Of a DNA stretch of 35,387 nucleotides, positions 8,011 to 16,973 are shown piece by piece (within the stretch, counting starts at the first letter, position 1; every line of letters begins with the position of its first letter). This DNA comes from a virus (Duplodnaviria; Caudoviricetes). Under the pieces are notes generated by a model that worked only from the letters and a program-made list of their open reading frames with translations, did not search any database and had not been told where the DNA came from. The DNA is taken from positions 1 through 35,387 of the IMG/VR virus record IMGVR_UViG_3300013767_000214. One strand, given 5' to 3'. The position numbers were made by a program, and so were the translations under genes.

Positions 8011-9158
8011 CGGATCAGCTCCCAGGACAGATTGACGTTTACAGCGCTCGAGAAATTGACGGCAATACCGGTCGAGTAATCGGTTTGCGAAAACGTTTTA
8101 ATCCCCATGCTCAGAAGCAGCTCATCACTGGTGGCATTCGCGACGTTATAGTTATGTTCGGCTTGATAGCTCTGCCAGAGCGAACGCAGTTCTGAATGAT
8201 CGAAACTTGCGGTAAGGGCGGTGACGGTTGTGTCTCCGACTTCGTTAGTCGTAAAAATCCTGACCGACTCGCCGGCAGTGCTCCAACCATCCCATCCATA
8301 GGAAACGTTTTGCAGAGGTGTCAAAAATGAGTAATTCCCGCCACGCCATCCCCCTGGCGCAAAACCCACACTGGTAAGGGCTGTGGGAGAAGGCGTCGGA
8401 TTACCCACGACAAGACGTGCTGCCCGGGCATGCGGATCCAGCGGAAGATAAACCACACCACTTCCGTTGACCGTCTGAGTCCAGGTCAACCGCGCGCGGT
8501 TGTAGATCAGCCGGACGACTGGCAGCGTTCCCGGTGCCGCAGTCACGACCCAGGCAAGACACATATCCAGCGGCGTGGACTGAAAACCGCCACCGGCGGC
8601 GCCATTCACGGTGCCCTTCAGTGAATCCGGAGCGCCGTCGTAGATCGCTCCGCGCTGCATGTAAAACGTCAGCGCCCCGCCAATCACCTGCGCCCTCAAG
8701 AAGTACCCCGAGTTAGGCAGCAGGTCCGCGCTGCTCCATGCCGTGGTCAGGAACGTACGCGAGCGGCCCAACTGCCCGGCCAGCACTTCCTGACCGAGAC
8801 TGAGATACACCCCCGCGGGAATCGACACTTTGCCGCCACTGGTCGAGACGGCGGTCGGGGTCACCGGCAAACGCGCATCGGCCGTCGCCACCGTCGGCAA
8901 GGGCAATGCCGCCAGAGGCAATGCCAGATCCTGGTTCCAGCCCTTGGCGGTGACCGTCTGAATCGCCTGCAGCAACTGGTCGTTCTTCGCCTCGTCCGGG
9001 GTCAGCTCACCCGCCTTGATGACGTTCACGATCTCCTGCGTGACGCCATTGCCCCAATCCGCCGGAATCAACGATCCCGGCGTGCCGGTCAACGGGTTCT
9101 CATCGACGAACTTGCCGTTGACCAACCCCGCACTGGGCACACTCTTTGGATAATCCAT
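8007..9158 (-). CDS. Tail fibre F1 (383 aa), first fibre after the baseplate genes
   Basis: Directly follows the gp48-like gene; shared N-terminus. Confidence 0.9.
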   Translation of the reverse strand: MDYPKSVPSAGLVNGKFVDENPLTGTPGSLIPADWGNGVTQEIVNVIKAGELTPDEAKNDQLLQAIQTVTAKGWNQDLALPLAALPLPTVATADARLPVTPTAVSTSGGKVSIPAGVYLSLGQEVLAGQLGRSRTFLTTAWSSADLLPNSGYFLRAQVIGGALTFYMQRGAIYDGAPDSLKGTVNGAAGGGFQSTPLDMCLAWVVTAAPGTLPVVRLIYNRARLTWTQTVNGSGVVYLPLDPHARAARLVVGNPTPSPTALTSVGFAPGGWRGGNYSFLTPLQNVSYGWDGWSTAGESVRIFTTNEVGDTTVTALTASFDHSELRSLWQSYQAEHNYNVANATSDELLLSMGIKTFSQTDYSTGIAVNFSSAVNVNLSWELIR

Positions 9159-9168
9159 TGCCTAGCCT

Positions 9169-9768
9169 CTAGTCGTAATTGATGTGCACCCGCGTGTGGG
9201 CCGGAGCGCTGCGATGGATCAGGCATTCCAGGGCGGAGCCCGGGTTCATGCCGAAGCGTTCGCCCCAGTAGCTGGCGCCGTAACGGCGACCCAGCAACAG
9301 GCGGCCACCGGTGTTGAGGGTCCACATGAACTGCGCCTGCCAGGTGCCGAAATGCGCCGCACCGAAACGCGCGCGGCCCATGCGGGGCGCTTCGAGTTCG
9401 GTGATGGTGGCGTTCGGGTAGCCCTGGGTGCGGGCGATTTCCACGTAATAGCTCAGAGCCTGGCTGCCAACGGCGAGCAGGCGCCTGCGCACGGCGAGGC
9501 GGCGGTCGTCGAACAGCGGGGTCAGGCCCAGGCACGGGTCGGGCAGGTTCATCACCCGCTCCCAGTCCGGCACCAGCTCGCTGACGCCGGCCGGGTCCAT
9601 TTCGTTGAGCAGGTCGGCGGCGCGGGCGTCGAGGCGGGCCAGTTCCTGGGAGAGGTCCTCCAGTACCTGTTCCAGTTCCGGCACCCGCTCCGGATCCCAG
9701 GCCGGACCGCTGGGCAGCAGGCTGCGCAGCTGGGCCTGGTATTGCGCGGCGGTTCTTATTCCAGCCAT
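9169..9768 (-). CDS. Mu gp48-like baseplate wedge protein (YmfQ/DUF2313)
   Basis: LLPSGPAW, EL.PDWERV..LPD.C, LECLIHR.APAHT; position after the gp47-like gene. Confidence 0.9.
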   Translation of the reverse strand: MAGIRTAAQYQAQLRSLLPSGPAWDPERVPELEQVLEDLSQELARLDARAADLLNEMDPAGVSELVPDWERVMNLPDPCLGLTPLFDDRRLAVRRRLLAVGSQALSYYVEIARTQGYPNATITELEAPRMGRARFGAAHFGTWQAQFMWTLNTGGRLLLGRRYGASYWGERFGMNPGSALECLIHRSAPAHTRVHINYD

Positions 9769-10796
9769 ACGCAACCTCCGAACGTCAGCAGCTGATTGCT
9801 CGCGGCCGGTACGTCAGCGGTGGGCGCCATCAGTTTGTGATCGTTCTCGCCGGTGGCGCTGCTGATGGCTTCGGCGATATGGGTCAGCAACAGGGTTTCA
9901 CCGAGACCGGCTTCGCGGTTGTGCAGGTCACGCAACTGGGCTTCGACGGCGGCGCGCACGGCGCTGGTGTCGGGGGTCAGGCGCAGGCGGTAAGTCACCG
10001 GCTGTTGCACCGGCGCCAGCACATGCAGCTCGGCCGTCACCGGGCGCAGCGGCTCGATGTGGGCCTGGACCTCGGCCAGTTGCGCGGCGTCCGGCACCGG
10101 TTGCGGATCGTCGTCACGCATGACGAACAACCCCACCGTGCCCGGGCCCAGGTAGCTGCCGCGGCACCAGGCGCGGGTGATCCCCGGACACTCCAGGGCC
10201 CAGGTTTCGTAGTCTTGCGCCGAACCGCCGTGAGGAATGATGCGATAGGAGCGGATCACCCGCGAGCGCAGCGATTCCAGGCTTTCCCGGGCGATACCGC
10301 CGGTCAGCCCCGGCGCCAGCACGGTAAAGGTACCGGCGATGCCCTGGATCGGCTGCACTGGAATCAGGGTCAGGCCGGCATCGGCATTGCCCAGGGAGCC
10401 GGCGTCCAGTGCCGCGATGGTGGTGCTGTTCAGGCCGTTGCTGGTGGTGCGGGCGGCGGTCACCTTGTAACTGCGACCGTCACTCGATTGCAGCAGGGTG
10501 TCGACGTCCAGTACCGCACCCGCGCAGGCCATGAAGCTGACGCTGCCGTGGGCGGACTGGGCCGCTTTACGCGGCTGGTTGAGGCGTAGCGCGGCGATGC
10601 GTTCCAGGGTGGACTCATCGGCCTTGTCCGGCAGAATCTGATCGGCGATCCAGTCCAGATAGCCATAAAGGCCAAAGGCTGTGCCGCTCAGGGTTCGGGC
10701 CAGGACTTGCGCATCGGACTGGCGCAGCGAATCGCTGGCCAGGTCGCTTTGGGTGCGCTTGATCAGCACCGGCAGCGAAGGCGTTTCAAACGGCAT
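9756..10796 (-). CDS. Mu gp47/baseplate J-like protein
   Basis: QILPDKADE, PHGGS..DYETWALE.PGITRAW. Confidence 0.92.
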   Translation of the reverse strand: MPFETPSLPVLIKRTQSDLASDSLRQSDAQVLARTLSGTAFGLYGYLDWIADQILPDKADESTLERIAALRLNQPRKAAQSAHGSVSFMACAGAVLDVDTLLQSSDGRSYKVTAARTTSNGLNSTTIAALDAGSLGNADAGLTLIPVQPIQGIAGTFTVLAPGLTGGIARESLESLRSRVIRSYRIIPHGGSAQDYETWALECPGITRAWCRGSYLGPGTVGLFVMRDDDPQPVPDAAQLAEVQAHIEPLRPVTAELHVLAPVQQPVTYRLRLTPDTSAVRAAVEAQLRDLHNREAGLGETLLLTHIAEAISSATGENDHKLMAPTADVPAASNQLLTFGGCVWLE

Positions 10797-11184
10797 AGGT
10801 CACCTGCCAACTGTGTTCGGGGTTAATGTCCAGGCGCTCACCGTCGGCCAGGATCAGCACCGTGCGCAGGTTCAGGCGCTGGGCGTCGAGGCGTTCGCTG
10901 AGGACTTCGATGGCGCTGCAATGACCGTCGTCGATCAGCCATTGCAAGGCTTCGCGGGCATAGAATTCGGCGTCGAGCTGGGTCTGCCGGGTCAGCTTGA
11001 CCCGGCGCAGCAGCCACAGCCGCGAGCCGATGCGGTCGTCGGCAACGGTGGGAAAACTATCGCCCCACCAACCGAAGCGGTCGTCGTCATCGAGCACGTC
11101 ATCGTCGGCCGCGCGGCGCCAGGTGAAGAGACTGATGAGCACCGAACGGGTCAGTGCGGCCTTGAGGTCATGACTGATAAACAT
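10786..11184 (-). CDS. Mu gp46-like baseplate protein
   Basis: ISLFTWRRA..DD, GWWGD, IGSRLWLLRR.K, YAREALQWLIDDG. Confidence 0.92.
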   Translation of the reverse strand: MFISHDLKAALTRSVLISLFTWRRAADDDVLDDDDRFGWWGDSFPTVADDRIGSRLWLLRRVKLTRQTQLDAEFYAREALQWLIDDGHCSAIEVLSERLDAQRLNLRTVLILADGERLDINPEHSWQVTYAV

Positions 11185-11693
11185 CACTGGCCTCCTGCGG
11201 GGGCGCCGGTCTGGCCACTGCCTGGCTGGACGCCCGGGTGGACGTGTTTGATCTGGCTGATACCGCCCGCGACCTGGTCGCCCTGGGAAACGATCTTGCC
11301 GGTCTGGTTCAGGGTCGGCGTATCGATGTTCACGGCGGTACTGGCGCGGATGTTCAGGGTGCTGGTTTCGATGTCGATGATCCGCCCGCGCTTGAAGTGG
11401 ACCTTGTCCCCTTCGTCGGTGTAGATCGCCACTTCGCCGGGCGCCAGGGCCTTGAGGCGATAGCGGCGGTCAGCGACCACCAGCACCACGGCATGGGAGC
11501 GATCGCCGCCCAGGAAAGTCGCGATCCCTTCGGCACCGGCCAGCGGATTGCTGGTGAAGCCATAGGGTTCGAAATGCTCCATGTCGTCGTTCACTTCACC
11601 GGCGGTCAGGCGCATTTGCAGCGATTGCAGTTTGTTGGCCGAGTTGGCGAGCACGACGGTGCCGCGCGCCAACAGGCGTGTCAGTAGGCTCAT
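11184..11693 (-). CDS. Mu gp45-like baseplate spike
   Basis: EHFEPYGFTS.P..GAE, GEVAIY.DEG, C-terminal HVH metal-binding motif. Confidence 0.92.
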   Translation of the reverse strand: MSLLTRLLARGTVVLANSANKLQSLQMRLTAGEVNDDMEHFEPYGFTSNPLAGAEGIATFLGGDRSHAVVLVVADRRYRLKALAPGEVAIYTDEGDKVHFKRGRIIDIETSTLNIRASTAVNIDTPTLNQTGKIVSQGDQVAGGISQIKHVHPGVQPGSGQTGAPAGGQ

Positions 11694-11716
11694 TGGATTT
11701 TCCTTGGATATAACAC

Positions 11717-11851
11717 CCGTAGCAGCTGCCGAAGGCTGCGTTCGGGCGCGTAGCGGCCGTAAAACCTGAATCGACGATTAACCTGAAGTACCGCAGCGCC
11801 TGATTTCACGACTGCTACGCAGCCGAACGCAGCCTTCGGCAGCTGCTACGG
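11717..11851. repeat. REP doublet/REPIN-like inverted repeat
   Basis: Perfect 29-bp inverted arms CCGTAGCAGCTGCCGAAGGCTGCGTTCGG (11717-11745, 11823-11851), intergenic. Confidence 0.8.
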
Positions 11852-11863
11852 ATTAATGTGAAC

Positions 11864-12904
11864 TCAGGTTTTGGGCGGTACCGGGTTGGCATCGAACGTA
11901 TGGGGCGGCGCCACTTGCAGGGTGGTGATGGAGCCCTGTTCGGACAGTGAGTAAGTGACCTTGGAGATCAACATGTCCTGATCGAATCCCAGCACCTTGT
12001 CGATCACCCGTACCAGCGTGTTATGCCGCCACAGGTCGCCGTTGGACTGACGCCAGCCTTGCACGCGGTAGGTGGTGGTCAGCGCTTTGCCCGTGCGGGT
12101 GGCGCTTTCCCAGTCGGCGCGTTGCTGAGCCAGTTCGAAGGTGAGTTGAGCGCTTTCGCTGATGACCGTGACCCGTTTGCGTGGGGCGCCGATATCAGTG
12201 GCCGTGCCCGAGACTTCGCTGACCGCACTGCCGCTTTTCTCGTTGTTGCCCTTGTGCTGGCCGATCACCCGGTATTCGGAGAACACCTGGCTGAAGTCCA
12301 TCGGCGCATTGGCCGACAGGATGTTCTTGCCCAGCTCCAGCGCATCGCTGGCCCGTCCGCCGCTGCCAGGCTTGGCCAGCAACACCCGGCCTTCGGCATC
12401 GTCGGTGGAGAACACCCGGTACAGGGTCAACAAACGGTCGATGGACTGGAACACCGTTTCGCCCGGCACGATGCTGTGCTTGCTCAGCTTCGTGGTTTGC
12501 GGGATTTCGCTGACCACGCCCACGCCATAGGACGACGCGAGGGACTGAACAATGCTCAACAGGCTTTGTTCCTGCCATTGGCTCGGGCGGTTGATCGCCG
12601 CGCAATCCACCAGGTCCTGGGTCAGCGAACTGCCCTCGATGTTCAGGCTGATCTGCCTGCCGTCGTAACTGACCGGCGCCTTGTACACATGCCCGGTGAG
12701 CACCAGGTCGGAACCGATCCGTACCTGGCAGCGCGAGCCGGGCTTGATCGGCTTCACCAGGGTCTGCCCCGGCCACTGCCAGGTGATGTTGAGGGTGAAG
12801 GTGCGGAACTGACGCTCCAGGTCCGCACTGATTTCGACGCTTTTCCAGCCGCCATAATCCAGACCGTCAACGGTCAGGGTGACGGTGTTTTCCGGTTCGG
12901 TCAT
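11864..12904 (-). CDS. Mu gp44/gpP-like baseplate hub protein
   Basis: YGGWKSVEI, T.DLVDC.A, PGETVF, L.LGKNIL, VQGWRQ..GDLW..N. Confidence 0.92.
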   Translation of the reverse strand: MTEPENTVTLTVDGLDYGGWKSVEISADLERQFRTFTLNITWQWPGQTLVKPIKPGSRCQVRIGSDLVLTGHVYKAPVSYDGRQISLNIEGSSLTQDLVDCAAINRPSQWQEQSLLSIVQSLASSYGVGVVSEIPQTTKLSKHSIVPGETVFQSIDRLLTLYRVFSTDDAEGRVLLAKPGSGGRASDALELGKNILSANAPMDFSQVFSEYRVIGQHKGNNEKSGSAVSEVSGTATDIGAPRKRVTVISESAQLTFELAQQRADWESATRTGKALTTTYRVQGWRQSNGDLWRHNTLVRVIDKVLGFDQDMLISKVTYSLSEQGSITTLQVAPPHTFDANPVPPKT

Positions 12905-12907
12905 GGC

Positions 12908-14146
12908 TTACACCTCGGCGACTTTCAGGTCGGTCTGAGGCAGGAAGCCAGGATGGATCGCACTGTTGCGCTGAATCACTTCACCGACCCGCGTGGCGTC
13001 GCCAAAACGCTGATAGGCAACCACCAGCGCCGGCAGGTTCTGCTTGGGCTCCAGGGTGATCAACCGCACCCCCGACGAGGACACCGCCGTGAGATGGCCG
13101 AACAGCTGCTGACGCAAGGCGTTGAGCGCCTGATAGTGCAAGGCATCGGCCTTGAGGGCGGCTTGCCACATCGCGTCATTGAGCACTTTGCGCAGGGTCA
13201 GCACATCATCGAGCACCGGTACGTCCTGGCGCTGCACCGGTTGCACCGCCTGCTGCGTCACGGACGGCGTGGAGGTCAACTTGACCACCGGCGTGGCCAC
13301 CGGCATCTGCGCCACTTTGTAGCCGATCTTCACCAGCAAGGCGTCCTGTACCAGGTTGGCCATGGCCTGGGCCGCGGCCACCGTATCCTTGCCGGTGGTG
13401 AGTTTCGGCGTGTCGATTTTCTTCACCGCCTCGACCTGCTGCGAAGCATTGGCGAGCACGCCGCGATAGCCCTCGCGGGCGAAGTCCTTGAGCTCCTTGA
13501 TGTCGCCGAGCAAACCCTTGAACTCCGCGCTCACCTCCTTGGGCAGTTCCTTGACGGCCCTGACCAGCAGACTGAGCTCCTTGTAGGTCTCGATCAGTTC
13601 CTTGAACTCGTGCTCGATGACCTCATAGACATCCTTGAGGCAATCGCGCAGTTCCTTGACCGCGATCCGTGCGGCCTTGATCAGGCTCATCGCATCCTCG
13701 AAACGCCGCACCGCCGAGCCCAGCAGACTGTCGGCCGACACCAGCAATTGCTCGCGGGAATTGACCACCGGGGTGGGAAACTGCAGCGGCTGGTCAGGGT
13801 GAAACTTCAGGGCGAAGGTCACCAACCCGCCGTCCTGGCGGGTGTGGGTCATTTCGCATTCGCCGACCTTGACCTGCATCCGCCCCAGCCACGGGTGAAC
13901 CAGTTCACCCGTGCCCTGCTCCAGGGCCTCGAGCAGTTTGTCGCGCTGCTCCAGGCAATCCTCGCCAACGATGAACGCCGTCAGATCGTGGATTCTGGCC
14001 TGCCGGCCAAGCCCCTCGAAAAATGCCTGGTCACGCTGGGGATACTCATGCAACTGACCTTTCTGGCCGACCGGGGTTTTCGCCTGATCGACCCAGAACC
14101 CGACGCCGCGAAACGACGCCGGCAACAAACGATCACGCCAGCTCAT
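12908..14146 (-). CDS. Mu gpN-like DNA circulation/tail protein
   Basis: WRDRLLPASFRGV.F, HEYPQRD, G.LVHPWLG, N..IHPGFLP. Confidence 0.92.
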   Translation of the reverse strand: MSWRDRLLPASFRGVGFWVDQAKTPVGQKGQLHEYPQRDQAFFEGLGRQARIHDLTAFIVGEDCLEQRDKLLEALEQGTGELVHPWLGRMQVKVGECEMTHTRQDGGLVTFALKFHPDQPLQFPTPVVNSREQLLVSADSLLGSAVRRFEDAMSLIKAARIAVKELRDCLKDVYEVIEHEFKELIETYKELSLLVRAVKELPKEVSAEFKGLLGDIKELKDFAREGYRGVLANASQQVEAVKKIDTPKLTTGKDTVAAAQAMANLVQDALLVKIGYKVAQMPVATPVVKLTSTPSVTQQAVQPVQRQDVPVLDDVLTLRKVLNDAMWQAALKADALHYQALNALRQQLFGHLTAVSSSGVRLITLEPKQNLPALVVAYQRFGDATRVGEVIQRNSAIHPGFLPQTDLKVAEV

Positions 14147-16136
14147 TGGAACCTCCTAGGGAAAGTGAGCGATAGCCGATACGCGGCGTCAGGGACAGGC
14201 CCGGCTGGTTGATCTGTGGCTGGTCGGTGCGCATGCCCGCCGGCGCATTTTCGAAGCGCACCGTCAGGCCGCCTTCGAGTTGCGTGCGGTTGTTGGCGGC
14301 GCTCTGCTGCACCAGGGCGTTGGAGCCTTGGGGCAGGTTGCGGGACAACGGCGCAGCGTCGGCGCCAAAGAATGCCGGCGCCAGTTCGCCTTTGCCTTCG
14401 GCATTGGTTTTCTGCTGCGCCTGGGTCAGCCCTTCGACCTGGCCGGTGATCTTGGCGATGAAGCCGCCAAAACTGCCGCCGAGCATTTCCTTGATCGGCG
14501 CCATGATGCCTTTGAGCTTCTCCCACAAGCCGGAGAACCACTCGGTGATCGGCTCCCAATGGGCGGCGATCATCTCCATCGGCGACCAGTCGAACAGGCT
14601 CTTGAACAACTCCTTGACCGGCGCCGTGACCTGGAGCAACGAGTCCCACAAGCCGGTGAAGAATTCCCGCACCGGCACCCAGGCCGCATTGATCAGCGGC
14701 ATTGGCGACCAATCGAACAGCGCCCTGAAGAACTCGCCTATCGGCTGCGCCAGCGCCTCAAGGCTTTGCCACAACTGCGAGAAATAGCTGCTCAGCGGAT
14801 CCCAGACAGCACTGATCAGGGGCATCGGCGACCAGTCGAACAACGCCCTGAAGAACCCGGCTATCGGCTGCGCCATCGCCTCTAGGCTTTGCCACAACTG
14901 CGAGAAGTAATTGCTCAGCGGATCCCAGACCCTCCTGATCAGCGGCATCGGCGACCAGTCGAACAGGCTCTTGAAAAAGTCCACAACCGGCGCGGTCAAC
15001 AGCACCAGACGGTCCCAAAGCGCCGAGAAGAAGCCCAGCAACGGCTGCCAGTACCTGATCACCATGCCCAGCGGCGTCCAGTCAAAAATCTTCTTGAGAA
15101 ACCCGGTCACCGGCACCGAAAGAGCCCGAAGCAAATCCCAGATTGCGGAGAACAGACCGGTCAACGGCTGCCAATTGTCGATGACAATCCCCAAAGGACT
15201 CCAGGAAAACAGGGTTTTGAAGAAGTCGACAAGCGGAGCCGCAGCCACTGTGATGCTCTGCCAGAGCGACTGGAAAAACTCACTGGTTGCGCCCCAGGCA
15301 TCTTCAAGCAGAGCCATGGGAGACCAGTCAAAAAACGCTTTGATATTGTCCAGGGCTTGCGCCGTCGCATCGCTTGCCGCCCCCCAGAGCTGTGACATGT
15401 ATCCGGTGATTGCGCCCCAGCTGCCGCGCAGTGCCTCAAGAGGGCTCCAGTTCAACAGACCTCTGAATACGGCAAAGGCCGATTCGGCAGCGCCCTTTAC
15501 CGCCCCCCACACCCGACTGAAGAACGCCGAAATCGGCTCCCAGTTGGCCACAATCAGGCCGGCTGCCACGGCGATGCCCATGGCAATCAGCATGATGGGA
15601 TTGGTCTTGAGCACCATGCTCATCAGGTCGAAGACCTGGGTTGCGCCCGTCACAGCCGTTTGCATGGCCGAAAAGGCAATGGCCCCGGCCGCCAGGCCTT
15701 CAACCAGCTTCGGGTTGTCGTTAAGCAGGCTGCCAACGTTAGTCAGCAAGGGCTCGAGGCCAACCACCAACGCCCCCACCGCCGGTACCAATGCGGCGTC
15801 GATGGCCCCCGAGACCTTGGCCATCGAAGCGCTGAACACATTCATGTTTTGCACGGCACTGCCAGGCACGGCAGGCAAGTCGACTTTTTTCGCCGACTCA
15901 CCGACCTCGTCCAGCTTTCCCTGGAAGGCCGCGGACGCCTTGATACCGTCCACGAACGGCGTGATGACACTACCGCCCTTGAACAGCCCGCTGATGTCCA
16001 GCTTGCCGATACCGACCTGTTCCAGGTTCTTTTTGAAACCGTCGATTTTCACTCGAAGGCCGGCGAGCTTGGGAGACAGCTCATCGATGCCCGTCAGCAA
16101 GAACGCCGTTTTCTCAGTTTTTTCTGTCTCTGCCAT
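14133..16136 (-). CDS. Tape measure protein, module 2 (~667 aa)
   Basis: Follows the tail chaperone; TNPI.LI..GIAVAAGLI..NW hydrophobic segment; Trp-periodic repeats. Confidence 0.9.
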   Translation of the reverse strand: MAETEKTEKTAFLLTGIDELSPKLAGLRVKIDGFKKNLEQVGIGKLDISGLFKGGSVITPFVDGIKASAAFQGKLDEVGESAKKVDLPAVPGSAVQNMNVFSASMAKVSGAIDAALVPAVGALVVGLEPLLTNVGSLLNDNPKLVEGLAAGAIAFSAMQTAVTGATQVFDLMSMVLKTNPIMLIAMGIAVAAGLIVANWEPISAFFSRVWGAVKGAAESAFAVFRGLLNWSPLEALRGSWGAITGYMSQLWGAASDATAQALDNIKAFFDWSPMALLEDAWGATSEFFQSLWQSITVAAAPLVDFFKTLFSWSPLGIVIDNWQPLTGLFSAIWDLLRALSVPVTGFLKKIFDWTPLGMVIRYWQPLLGFFSALWDRLVLLTAPVVDFFKSLFDWSPMPLIRRVWDPLSNYFSQLWQSLEAMAQPIAGFFRALFDWSPMPLISAVWDPLSSYFSQLWQSLEALAQPIGEFFRALFDWSPMPLINAAWVPVREFFTGLWDSLLQVTAPVKELFKSLFDWSPMEMIAAHWEPITEWFSGLWEKLKGIMAPIKEMLGGSFGGFIAKITGQVEGLTQAQQKTNAEGKGELAPAFFGADAAPLSRNLPQGSNALVQQSAANNRTQLEGGLTVRFENAPAGMRTDQPQINQPGLSLTPRIGYRSLSLGGSNELA
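14520..15560 (-). repeat. Tandem 123-bp (41-aa) repeats within tape measure 2
   Basis: W(S/T)P codons recur at 14581, 14704, 14827, 14950, 15073, 15196, 15319, 15442. Confidence 0.85.
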
Positions 16137-16306
16137 CACTGCACCTGCTGCATCGCATTGATCCGTTGCGCGTGCTCCAGGGACTCCCGGAGCACATCCA
16201 GTGGCCTGGCCATCATCTGTTCGGGGTCAACCTTCCAGAACCAGGCCAGGTCATAGGCGACAGCGATCAGGTCGGTGATGGCCCCGATGCCGCACTCATG
16301 AAAAAA
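16136..16306 (-). CDS. -1 frameshift extension of the module 2 tail chaperone (G-T type)
   Basis: Slippery T TTT TTC at 16300-16306; -1 frame FHECGIGAITDLIAVAYDLAWFWKVDPE...QQVQ* ends overlapping the tape measure ATG. Confidence 0.8.
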   Translation of the reverse strand, partial: FFHECGIGAITDLIAVAYDLAWFWKVDPEQMMARPLDVLRESLEHAQRINAMQQVQ

Positions 16307-16563
16307 CTCGCGACAGCCCAGCTCAGACCGTTGAGGTCGGCCAGATCCAGCTGGTTGACCGACGACGGCGGAATGCCGGCGCAGACCGCGATGTATTTGG
16401 CCGCGACATCCATGTCCAGGCTGACTTCTTCGCTCTTGTCGATTCGATACGGCAGCGCCTTGATCGCCCGCACTTCCTGCACCGTCGGACGGCGCAGGGT
16501 CAGTTCGGTGAGCGGCTCGCCGTGGGCCTCGATGGCCACTTGCAGCTTCACGGCCTGAGTCAT
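16267..16563 (-). CDS. Tail assembly chaperone (Mu gp41-like)
   Basis: Between tube and tape measure; ELTLRRPT, GIPPSSV.QLDL.D. Confidence 0.88.
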   Translation of the reverse strand: MTQAVKLQVAIEAHGEPLTELTLRRPTVQEVRAIKALPYRIDKSEEVSLDMDVAAKYIAVCAGIPPSSVNQLDLADLNGLSWAVASFFMSAASGPSPT

Positions 16564-16907
16564 TGCCAGGTCCCCTTCACACCGTTGAAGACCAGCGAGA
16601 TAGAAGCGTCGTCGCCCTTGGAAACCGGCTCATCCACCAGATAGGCACCGGCCAGCACGAAGACCTTGCCGTTGTTGAATTCGCAGGTAACGGTCATGTC
16701 GGTACCGGCAACCAGCTGCTTGAGCGGGAAGTCCGGGGTGTGCAGCGCCGTGACCTTGAAGGTCGGGGTGATCTCGGTTTCCTTGTAGAAACCCGGTACG
16801 ACGGTTTCACGCTTGGTGGACATCAGCGGGGCTTCGCAGCCGCCGTTGATGGTCAGTTGAGCACCGTCGACTTTGACGTAGCAGGTACCCGCAATCAGTT
16901 GACCCAT
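16560..16907 (-). CDS. Tail tube protein (Mu gpM-like)
   Basis: IAGTCYVKVDG.QL, GFYKET...P; follows the sheath; GGGAG RBS. Confidence 0.9.
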   Translation of the reverse strand: MGQLIAGTCYVKVDGAQLTINGGCEAPLMSTKRETVVPGFYKETEITPTFKVTALHTPDFPLKQLVAGTDMTVTCEFNNGKVFVLAGAYLVDEPVSKGDDASISLVFNGVKGTWQ

Positions 16908-16925
16908 GGTGTATCTCCCTTCAAT

Positions 16926-16948
16926 AAAAAGCCCACGCAAGGTGGGCT
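16926..16948 (-). terminator. Terminator-like hairpin between sheath and tube
   Basis: Minus strand AGCCCAC-cttgc-GTGGGC-TTTTT. Confidence 0.6.
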
Positions 16949-16973
16949 GAACTCACACAGTGAAACGCGCCCC

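Noticed and set aside
1794-9158. Invertible shufflon or diversity-generating retroelement for fibre switching
   Set aside because: All cassettes are co-oriented and full-length with their own starts; no invertase, reverse transcriptase or TR/VR pair seen
12023-14212. 729-aa plus-strand ORF (also 16563-18473, 19282-20571, 24636-26057)
   Set aside because: Antisense shadows of well-supported minus-strand genes, expected from high-GC codon bias; no recognisable motifs
14520-15560. CRISPR-like array
   Set aside because: Repeats are in-frame, degenerate coding repeats with no unique spacers and no cas genes
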